A program made the position numbers and the translations under genes. A stretch of DNA of 64,000 bases from the human T2T-CHM13v2.0 reference genome, Homo sapiens. Every line of letters starts with the position of its first letter. Position 1 is the stretch's first letter. A model generated the notes under the pieces. The model saw only the letters and a program-made list of their open reading frames with translations, did not search any database and was not told where the DNA came from. The stretch lies in NCBI RefSeq assembly GCF_009914755.1, contig NC_060935.1; one strand, given 5' to 3'. Of this stretch, positions 52,848 through 64,000 are shown one piece after another.

Positions 52848-53310
52848 TTTTTCAAAAAGTAGTGGCAAAATACCTATAACATAAAATTAACCCTCTTCAC
52901 CATTTTAATCAATAATGTTAAGTATATTCACATTGTGGTACAGCCAATGCCTGGAACCTTTTCATCTTGCAAAATTGAAACTCGGTGCCCATTAAACAAT
53001 AACTCTCCTTCACCACCTCCCACCAGCAGCCCCTAGCAACCACTATTCTACTCTCTGTTTTTATGAGTGAGAACTCTCGATACCTCATGTGAATGAAATC
53101 ACACAGCATTTGTCTTTTTGTGTATGGGACAGAGCTACTGAAGAATTAAATAATTACTTATAAAGCACTTTACTGCTTGGAAAATAAACACTGAGAAAAT
53201 TTTATCTATCAAAATGTGATAGGATATGCATAAAAATATGGAATAATATAAATAATGGGCATATTTCACTTAGCATAATGTCCCCAAGGGTCATCCATGT
53301 CATAGCCTGC
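52848..53310 (-). mobile_element. L1MB-type 3' fragment interrupted at about 53123-53255
   Basis: ttttcatcttgcaaaattgaaactc, cccctagcaaccactattctactctctg; resumes atttcacttagcataatgtcc at about 53263. Confidence 0.8.
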
Positions 53311-53468
53311 AATTCATAGGCTTTAATGTGTGACCCCGTTGACCTAAGAATTTCACTCGGAGGAATTGTTCTAATGACATCAGTAAGTTAAATTAGAATT
53401 TCATTATTCTGTCAGTAAGTGACAAAAATATTTCAACATTTAGTCCCAATTTTTAAAAAATATTAAGA

Positions 53469-54078
53469 GGGACTGTAAACTAGTTCAACCATTGTGGAAG
53501 TCAGTGTGGTGATTCCTCAGGGATCTAGAACTAGAAATACCATTTGACCCAGCTATCCCCATTACTGGGTATATACCCAAAGGATTATAAATCATGCTGC
53601 TATAAAGACACATGCACACATATGTTTATTGCGGCACTATTCACAATAGCAAAGACTTGGAACCAACCCAAATGTCCAACAATGATAGACTGGATTAAGA
53701 AAATGTGGCACATATACACCATGGAATACTATGCAGCCATAAAAAATGATGAGTTCATGTCCTTTGTAGGGACATGGATGAAGCTGGAAACCATCATTCT
53801 CAGCAAACTATCACAAGGACAAAAAACCAAACACCGCATGTTCTCACTCATAGGTGGGAATTGAACAATGAGAACACATGGACACAGGAAAGGGAACATC
53901 ACACACCGGGGCCTGTTGTGGGGTGGGGGGAGGAGGAGGGATAGCATTTGGAGATATACCTAATGTTAAATGACGAGTTACTGGGTTCAGCACACCAACA
54001 TGGCACGGGTATACATATGTAACTAACCTGCACGTTGTGCACATGTACCCTAAAACTTAAAGTGTAATTAAAAAAAAA
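53469..54078 (+). mobile_element. 5'-truncated L1PA (L1PA3/4-like) with ORF2 C-terminus and 3' UTR
   Basis: Peptide LLGIYPKDYKSCCYKDTCTHMFIAALFTIAKTWNQPKCP...MFSLIGGN; G-rich 3' UTR tract and short poly-A. Confidence 0.95.
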
Positions 54079-54572
54079 GGGAATTAAAAATTGTAACAGG
54101 CAACTTTTCAAAACCCATAGAGCACTTTATGCTTTGTAGGGAAATCCTAAAGAATTTATCTTAAAATCATGCCCCCTCCTACCATCATCACTGAATTTAG
54201 TTCTGGTTACACAGAACAACCCACTGAGACATGAAGCTAAAGAAAAAGTGATAGTATATAATACTTCTTAGCTAGAAAAGGCCTAGAGACTCCCATGAAA
54301 TTCATTCACTTGTTCCATAAGGTGGTGACCAAGTACACAGTTCATGTATAAAAAACAAAAATATTCCTGGACAGCAACATAACCTACTAGTTTTCCCAAA
54401 GACTGATCTCAGATTTTGCCTGTGAGGTTTGGAGGAAAGTCTGCAGAACCTTTAGGAAAACCTGCAAGTTGTTTGTTGTATCATCATTGCCATCATGGTT
54501 AGATTTGCCTTTGATTTCGTTTTCTCTCTCCTGCAAGCAGCAATGAGCCACAGCTGTGCCTGACCTGTGATT

Positions 54573-54593
54573 TATATATATATATATATATAT
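54573..54593 (+). repeat. (TA)n microsatellite
   Basis: Direct read. Confidence 0.9.
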
Positions 54594-54889
54594 GTGAGCA
54601 GATTTGCCCGCAGGAAGACTACTCACTTCTGTTGACTCCAAGTGGCCCTAGGGCTCCAGACCAGAATCACAGATTTTCAGGGGCAAAGAAATAGCTGTCT
54701 TTTTAAATATTTGTGATATTACGTGTTTTCTCTTCCTGTCCTCTCACATCCTTTGAATAAATTAACACTGCCTGGGATCTAGTACATTTCTAAAGTATTT
54801 GGTCCATATTATGAATTTGAAACATTTGGTATTCCTAGACTGACTTACATGCATATAGAAGATACTTTCTTCTGAATAATACGGTTTTC

Positions 54890-55540
54890 TTCATTTTACA
54901 GAAAGCACATCTTGATTTTCGTTACAAAAATAATGGAAGATATTCAAACAACATAGAAATGTATTCAAAGACAAAGAACCCTACATAGCCCCACCTCCTA
55001 GATTAGCCACTGTTTATCACTTTGTTTATATTATTCCATATTTTATGCACATATGATCACATTTTGACAGATAAAATTTTCTTAGAAAGTGCTTTATAAG
55101 TAATTATTCTTCAGAAGCTCTGTACCCGTACACACATTGATATTACTTTCAAAATCTTTTAAATGAAATCATGAAGTCATGGACAGCCTTTCTCGTTTGT
55201 GCACATAGGTCATTCTTTCTTCCTAATAGTCACATAATATTCCATTGTATGGATTTACCACAATATCGTTTAATCACTTTCATTTATGTTGTTTCCAATT
55301 TTTTGATGTTTTAAATAGTGCTGAAATTAATATCCTTGTATGTTTTTTACATGTATATAACCATTTCAGTGTAATTGCTGTATCAAAGGGTATGCATAGT
55401 TTCCTTAATACTTCCAAATTTTGCTCCCAAAAGATTATACCTATTTATATACCCATCAACAAGATATGAGAGGGCTACTTTCTCTACATACTTGATAGCA
55501 CTTTTATCACTGTCTTCGGCAAAAAATACTTTCATTCTTT
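54890..55540 (-). mobile_element. Old L1ME-type fragment
   Basis: aatattccattgtatggatttaccacaat...gttgtttccaattttt...tgctgtatcaaagggtatgcat. Confidence 0.65.
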
Positions 55541-57724
55541 TGAAATGAGGCAAATTATTTTAAGAAGCTGAAATAACAAGACCATTTGATAAAAACTGGA
55601 CTTGTTTACTGACTCTGCTTTGACAACCAGTTGCCTTAACATAGTACAAAAAAGCACTTGAGTTTGAGGTCAAACTTTCTACTCTCAAGATACTTCTCCA
55701 GACTCAGTTTCCCCTCTGTGAGTCTGAGGTCCTCCATCACTAAACCACCGTGAGGTGTGAATGAATTCTTCAGTTGGCGCTGGCTATTGCACCTCATCTG
55801 ATGGGAGCGCCATCCGTGATCCATGCTTTCTGGTGGGTTTCCTCCTCTAGTTTTTGTTCTGTGTCATTCCCTTCCTCTTTGTTCACTCCTTGTCATGAGC
55901 AGAAGAGAAGAGCCAGACATGGCTCGAGACAGAATTTTATAACCTTCAGCACTATGTCATGTCTGAGTAACTTTGGGGCCATTGATTTAGAATCTCTATA
56001 AACATGTCACTTTATGGTTGGCAAACCAAGTTATTTATCTGAGCTGGTGATTAGATGTAACCATGGAAAAGTTGCCCACGTCCTGCTATTAACCAGGATT
56101 CTGACATAAAATTACAGGTTAGACTAGATGAAATTAATTCAGTCATCCAAGTCATGCAGACAAAAGTACAGTTGGGGTGGCCTGTTTCAGGTTACTTTCT
56201 TCATTTGTTCATTTCATCATCATTTATAGAGCACTTACTATCTGTCCAGCACTGGACTGGTTGTCGTGACAGGCAGAATTGAGACACAGACTCTGCTTCC
56301 CAGGGACTCACAGTCTCAGAGAGGAATGATGCTCACGTGTTCTATAATAGAGAGAGGCTCAAAGTTGTGAGGAAAAAGATGAACATAGCTGGGAAGACTC
56401 AGGGAGGACTTCCGAGAAGTGATATCATTTGTATCGATTTCCATTTCAAAATTTTTGCTTAGAGAAAAGGAAGGCTGGGAAAGAATGACTTGTCCTACCC
56501 TTCCTGATCTGGGTGTTAATCTGACAGCAAATCTGCTGGGTTCACTGTGTTATTCAACTCATATTCTATGGAGGGCTTGTAGAGTGTAAACTTCTGCAAG
56601 ATCATTTCTGTGGTGGGGTAGGGCCTCCCTTGGTCATCAAGAGATCTTTGTCATTGCTGGAGCTATTATCCCAGGCCAGGGAGAGCTTAGGTGTCGGTTG
56701 GTTAGAGTGGGTGATAGCCATCTTTTTTTGGGAATCAGCTGTGATGTTATTATGACCTTCTAGCTAGTACCCATAGTTGTCAAAGGGCTTAGAAAGCCAA
56801 CCTAGAGGTGTGAACCAAGGTGGCATCATTGAATTTAAAGAATTCTCTGGGATATTGCCTGGAATGGAACTCAGTGACCAGTTAGACCACCTGTTGAGGC
56901 TAAGTAGGCAGGATGGATTAGATGCTGCCAAATTTAGGGACTTCACAGATCACTGGAGGAATAAACAAGAAGTTGTATCAAAGTCTCGGGGCCAGTGTTC
57001 AGTTATCTCAGGAGAGGAGTTTTGGGGCCTTGCAATCAAAGAGAATGCAAGTACCGTGAAGGCAGACCACTGTGTTTGAGTATTGGCTCTGCCGCTTCCC
57101 AGAAGTATGGCTCTGGCCAAATGTCATGGTCACCAATGCATCTGCTCAGGATGACCCTCAAAAGACCATCACAGGCCATGCTTAGCACCATTCTAGTGCT
57201 GTACCCCTGCATTCCCAGGTAACAGCTCAGGTGTGAGGGAATAAGACTTGAATAGGGCAGGTGCACAAGTCCATCCAGCTTAAAAGTCACATACCCCAAG
57301 GGAGTATGTAACAGCCCCATAAGTATAAATTCTAGGGTTCCCACAAGGATTAGGCCCAATCAATTGTCATAGAACTCAGAGAAGCTCAAAATGATGGTGT
57401 CCTCAGGAAGTATTTATACCTCATTTATGGTTTTTCCCATCCAGATGTGTCATTTTTACCATAAGCAATGTGCTTAGTAATATAGTGGGCATTCTATCTT
57501 TATCACATTTCCAGGGGAACAGTTAGCAAGTTAACCCAAGGTCAAATTCTCGTCCAAAAGAGGAAAGGGTTTTGTTAATCCTTTTCCAACAGCAAGTTAT
57601 CTTACCTCTCAGAGATTCAGTTGATTTATCTTTGAAGTGGCAACAGGCTTCTATAGCCCTAATGTTGGGAGAAAGTTAGATGTGAAGCATTCTTTCTCAT
57701 TTTTTGCATAATCCAATTAAAACT

Positions 57725-58242
<518 letters not shown>

Positions 58243-61200
58243 TTAATTGCCCTTTAATTCTCAACAACTACTTTGTAGTACATTGTTATGGGGAATGGAG
58301 GTAATATAGTAAGACACCCAGACAAATGCCTAGCACATAGCAGGAGATTAATAAATGGGGAATCATTTAAATGTATGTATACATTTTGTCATATACATAT
58401 TGAAATTTATTCTCAGAACCAGCAACTTACACTGGGTAGACTTAACTACTTGCATAGGTCTTATTTTCTTTTGGCTTTGTGCTATTGCCTCACTAACCTT
58501 TAGCAAAGTTCTTTCTTGCATTTTTCATTTTTACATTTTCATTGCTGTCTTGTTTCTGCTAAGCTAACAGATTCTTCCTTAGACTGGCAATATTAAAAAG
58601 AAAGTGTCCCTTTGAGGTCTAAATAGGGGAGCAGAGGGAATACAAGACAAAGAGGTGCTCTGAGGGAGAAGTTGGCTCACCTTGCCCTAGCTGGAGAATC
58701 ATCTTTTAGCTCTTTGTCTCCTTGGCACTTGCAGAGCTTGGTGGTACTTTATGTGGAGGAGAGCACTGTCCTGTTCAGAGGAAGGGCGAGCACTATTAAA
58801 GCTGCCTAGAGAGGCACCTGAGTGACGTGCCCAACTGCCCTTACTCCACCCTAGCTTTTGTCCTTAACCTCAAGCATTACAGTCAAACATCAAGGTGAAA
58901 GAAATTGTATCCAGTGCAGTCTTTTGCCCCCTTTGGGAGTCATTTTCTTGATCTACTGTGTAATTTAAAAGAGCCTTCAGAAGAGGAGACACAAAAATCC
59001 CTCTAATGTGTGAAACTAATAACCTTTAATGCTGAAGCCATCCTTTTTTCACAGAGAAGAAGAATGCCACCATGTTTGTTTGTCTCTAAATATGGATACA
59101 TTTCAAAACCAATGTGTGAACTTATGGTTCTGCTATATATCCTTTCTCTAAAATACAATAAACCTGGCTTTTTGTAACAAGGAGTAGAGAAAAAGAGAAA
59201 ATATATCATTTGGAAAGATGAAAGATCTATTTGATTAGTCTTGTCTCAGGAATTGAAAATGACTAGTTGATGTTCATCCGATCTTCAGATGATAAATCTC
59301 AGCATTTCTCTTGCTTCCATCTGTTACGTGGAAACTATCACACATACATGAATTCAGTTTCATTTCAAGGATCATTGGGAGGGAGAAGTATTTACCTTTC
59401 TGGGTGCTCTCATAATAGTCATTTTTATCAAGCTCTCATCTGTAGTCAGGACTTAGTTCGGTCATCCCTTAGTTTAAGGTCCGCTTTAAAAGTTTATGTC
59501 CTCCAAGTTTAGGTATTTGACAGTGTTCAACAGCATGAGAAGATACATATATTTTGGGATAAATGAAACTAACATTTCTGTGAGCATATGTAGCCCATGT
59601 TCACAATGTGAAGTGCAAGCATGGAGTGCTGAGGAGAGAGACCCTGAACAGTAAAGCCTGGCAGCTCATGTAGCTGCAACTACTTACTGAGGAGTTTCTT
59701 GTGAATGTGCACTTGGCTGCCTCTCTGGGCCGAGGACATGACATCCTCAGGCTTCAGTGACTCTCGCAAATAAAGTGCTTGTTTCTTAGCTGCAGCTTGC
59801 CTTTGTGATTCCATCAACGTGTGCATTTCATTAGGGTACCAGTGTGTAGCCCACGTGCCAGGGAGCCGTCTTCTCCTGATGAAGGTGTCGGGGTTGCAAT
59901 GAGAATATTTGAGACAATGGTCATGGTATATCTACTTGGTGGTGAGAGTGACACATGGGCCATTTGCAGGTGTCACACCCTGTGGACGAATGGTCATGCT
60001 ACACGGTGGTTTGTGCCAAGGCCTCATGGACACAGTTCACATTCTTAGTGTCCTAGGAGCTCCTGCCATGATTCCTTAGCAGTGGTTATGCTTGTTTTTA
60101 TGATGGCAAGGCTCCCCAAACTTTGTGGACAATGCACAGATAACAACTGCTGATGGAAATCAATGGCCTGGCCTGCTTCCTTCATAAGAGCAAAGGTAAA
60201 GGCAGCCTCTTAACATCTAATGCTCCCTTTGCCTTTTTCAGAGTTGGAGAATCACAGCATTTTTCTGAAATGTGGAGTGGGAAATCTAAATGTGGAGTGG
60301 GGAAGCTATAATTACATAGCTTGGAAAAAGAAAAGTTTAAGAAAAAAAAAAAAAAGTCCTTTGGCTCCAGGACAGCCTAGGACTGTAAGTCACTGCTGCC
60401 CCCTACTGCCCAAGTTTTGTGTGTGTTTCCTAGAGGATCCTTGGTTTCTAGCCTGGCATTCTCAGGCACTGTGCTTGGGAGGATAATAACTTGCAGACTG
60501 TCTAAATGCTTTCTTCCAGACAGGGCCTCCCCACATTTGTTTCCTCAATTTAGGAGAATGTATGTGAAATGGAGAAAACCCACAGTGTGGGTGTGATCAG
60601 GTTCATGTGGCCTAGTGGAAAGACTTTCTCTTGAGTGGTGAGGAACTGACAGCAGGCCTGAGCTAAAATTGGTCTTCACAAAGCCGTCCACCCACTCACT
60701 TGGGCAGGCAGCCAGCTGGTGGATTCAAGGATCAGGTTTAGCCCTAAGGAGAAGGATTTTTGAAGGCACTAGTTGATTTTTGCTGCAAAAAGGTTATGCT
60801 AGATTTGGTTCCATTTTTAAGAGGCAAATAATTCTAAACCAGACTGTATAGTGTGGAATAAATGATTCTCTCCCTTATTTATTATACATTCATGTACTTG
60901 GAATTCAGTCCTTCATATATTCATGTGTCTGAGGTTATTTATTGAATGTCTTCTATGTACCAAGCATTATGCCAGTCACTGAGTATTCAAAAGTGAAAAA
61001 GCAGATTATTTCTGCCTGCATGGAACTTAAAGTCTGATGGAAGAGACAGTAAACAAATGCAAACAGTATCATTACATTTTGTGGTAACTGGTCTTATAAA
61101 AAAAAAAGAGGGGTACTATGAATGAACTTAATTCTCTGGATTAGGTAGAAACTTAATTCTCTGGACTAGGTACAACCTCTTCAGGGTGAGACCCATAGCC

Positions 61201-62699
61201 AAAGTTTGCAGGGTCCATTGTGCCCACGATCCCCATTCTCCCACACAATGGTTGGAAATAAAGGATGTTTTTGAAAACAGTTTTATGGACAGAAACCAGT
61301 TCCCTTGCACAAATGAAGATCTATATCCTGAACTAGCTTTTTTCTTCTCTCTCTGGACATAGGGAGTAAAAGTAAAAAAAAAATACAGGGAGGCAAACTT
61401 TGGCTCCATATGTATATTGTGAAAAGAACTTTTCACATTTGTCTTCTCACAGTTGAATAGGCTCTCTTGAGAGTAGTGAGTTCCCTGACCCCAGAGGTAT
61501 TCAAATAGAGGCTGGAATATCACTTGCTAGGGATGCTACAGGTGAGGTTTCTTACAATAGCTGGTAGGTTGGAATAGATTTTCTCTCAGATTGCTTGCAA
61601 ATCTAGCATTTAATTACCCCAGGCAAGGGTAAAGTTGGTGTGATTTGTTCTGGAAGAGTCTCCTCCACCTCAGTAATTTCACACATATCCCCACAGTTTA
61701 TTAGAGTTCCCAAAACCCCACCTTTGGATTGGTTCCCTTAAAAGTATTCATTCATTCCAAAAATGAGCTTTATTTTTGAGGGTGCTACTTGTACTCTAGG
61801 ATTCATTTGTATGCTGGAAAAAGGCTGCATCTTACGTGGATATGCCTGTGTGCATTTGTGATGACCTCTTTTACTCCATTCACATTCTTGAGAAGATTTC
61901 TCCCTTAACTTCACTTAAATTGTCTTGAACTTGCCAAGTTCATGCTCAGAGGCCATCAGAGAGTTCACAGGCAAGGATGGGTGCCACACAGAAGAAATCA
62001 TGGCTACTTCATGAGAAGTCACATGTGTGGTTTCCACCATTTAACACTTGGATAATTCCCTTGCCCTCATCTAAGAGCCAGATAGGAATGTTCATGCAAA
62101 TTATTTTTTAAAAAATCTATTTCACTGACATGCTGTAGGGGGCAGTATTCATTAAGGAAAACCAGGGACAGAGTCCAGGAAGAGCCAGTAATTTCGACCT
62201 TGTAGGGAAGAAACTGGGCCCTATTTTTAACTATTTCTGTATACTAGAGACTCATTCAGTCTGTCCTATTGTTCGTGCATGAATGAGGCTCTGACCTTCA
62301 GTAATGAACCTTCTTAGGGGGCCAGGATTAATTTGGCTTATGTTAAATTCATCTGGCTTGGAGTGAAAACCAGTGAATACCTGTGAGGGAGAGGGACTTT
62401 TCCATATAGGACATATGTGCTAGGGCAAGGATTCTTACCTAGGTCACCTGACTCCAAGCTTTTGCTCTTTTAGCCACAATTTGAACCATTTCAGGCTCAT
62501 ACCTTCCAACACAAGTAGTGTTTACCTCCCCCAGAACATCTTCAAACCTGTTACTGCCTAGGAAATAGATAATAATAAAACTTGTGGGAGCGAACCTTTT
62601 TTTGGACCCTCTCACCTTGATAAGTTTGGTGAAGCAGGTGCCTTACTCACCCCTATCTTCCCAGCCCCTCAAAATGAATGTTTTCAAATCATAGCCACG

Positions 62700-63156
62700 T
62701 ATGATTTCTTACAAGCCCAAGGCTGATGGGACGGTCTTGCTAAGGTGCACCAGCTTCAGGGGGTCTCGGCTGGGCCTGCTCCTATGTCTGAGGGCATCTG
62801 GCACATTGACTGCATGCTGGCTGGTCTGTAATGGCCTCAGGTGAGACAACTCAGAATTCTCTACATGGTCTTTCATCTCCCAGCAGTCTGGTCTAAGCTA
62901 TTCTTCTGGTGGTAGGTGAGTTCGAAGGCAGAGAGTTGAAATGTACAAGGCCCTTTGAGGCCTAAGCTCTGAAAGAGGACACCAGTTTTTGTCTTCATTC
63001 TGTTGGCCAAACCTAGTCACGTGACCTGCCCAAATTCTTGTGATTGGGAAACAGATTCCACCTACTGAAGGAGGAGCTGCAAAGTCACATTGCAAAGCGT
63101 ACATGGCACAGAGAGGGGTGGACACTAGGGGCTGTTTTTGTAATCAATCTACCACA
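62700..63156 (-). mobile_element. MLT1 (F/G-like) MaLR LTR
   Basis: aggccctttgaggcctaagctc, attctgttggccaaa, gagctgcaaagtcacattgcaaag; terminus aatctaccaca. Confidence 0.75.
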
Positions 63157-63639
63157 ATAAACAGGTTGCACCCAGTGAATTTGTGTTGATGGATTGATTT
63201 CAGTTGTCAAGGTAATAGTCTCTTTCCACTGTAGTTGCATGAAAATGAGAATGCACTGAGCTCATTTAAGATGTACTAAGACATACTTGCAGTTTCCTAT
63301 AAGTTATAGGGGCATGTAGTTCTAAGAACTCACGGGGGAGAGCAGCCAAAGCATCCTTGGTTACCCCAGTCCCATAGAAGGTGTCTCTAAGAAGCAGATG
63401 CTGGCAGGTCGGTGAAGGGGCACAAGCACCACTTGCTTTATGAGGCCCCTGTGGCCAAGGAAAGAAGGTAGGAACCAGCTGTTAAAGTAGAACTCCGCAA
63501 AACAGGTCTTACTCCACTTGAGTCTGTTCTCCAGCCTTTGGGATTCTTGGTATTCACAGGCCTACACTTCTCTGCTTTCTCTTTCCCACACCAACTGGCA
63601 AAAGTTGTTGTGTGATGAAGATGATCCAAATGTCAGACT

Positions 63640-63850
63640 TGGGCTCAGGACACCTGGGGTCTGGTCCCAGCAACTCTATTTGATGGCTGTGTGGCTTTGA
63701 TGGGTCATTTAACACCTCTGAACTTCACATTCCTCAGCTCTAAAATGGAAATGAGGATAGCACCAACCACATAAAGTTATTGTACGGTTTCCGTGAGATG
63801 AAACCATACAGAAAAATACCCTAAATTGTGTATATAAGGTTTGTTGAATC
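63640..63850 (+). mobile_element. MIR
   Basis: acctggggtctggtcccagc...ggtcatttaacacctctgaacttcac...taaaatgg. Confidence 0.7.
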
Positions 63851-64000
63851 AATGATTTCATAAGTGTCCAAAAGTCAGAAATGACTACAAAGGGGAAAGT
63901 AACCACAGCAGCTGAACTGAGAACCTCAGAGAGCCAGTTCTCCACTCCTGGTCTGTTGCTTCAGATCAAAAGTCTGAAGCACCCCTGTAGCCGCCTCTTC

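Noticed and set aside
53544-53864. 106-aa ORF as a gene
   Set aside because: C-terminal remnant of L1 ORF2 in a 5'-truncated L1PA.
60268-60301. aaatgtggagtggg repeated with 20-bp period
   Set aside because: Short ordinary tandem duplication with no further structure.

Overview
Hominoid (most likely human) genomic DNA, almost all intronic, from the 5' part of NAV2 (neuron navigator 2, UNC-53/Sickie family) on the + strand. Four in-frame exons can be assembled from GT-AG boundaries and codon phase: 25593-25665, 36562-36820, a 69-nt frame-neutral cassette at 40987-41055, and 49125-49285. They encode the end of the calponin-homology domain and the following Q/P/S-rich linker. The rest is a typical primate repeat landscape: one full-length antisense SVA, Alus, L1PA/L1M, L2, MIR, MLT1 LTRs, and Tigger and MER DNA transposons. 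There is no CRISPR, rRNA or tRNA. Most interesting observations: (1) a candidate 23-nt microexon at 41342-41364 with SRRM4-type UGC architecture and the same phases and terminal bases as the 161-nt exon, suggesting a poison or mutually exclusive switch; (2) a duplicated target-site junction embedded in the SVA hexamer head; (3) several locally templated direct and inverted insertions and repair-like scars; (4) a tailless Alu with an intact TSD; (5) a stop-free circular ORF if exons 36562-49285 back-splice. Gene identity and repeat subfamilies come from sequence recognition, not database searches. Coordinates of old repeats are approximate.
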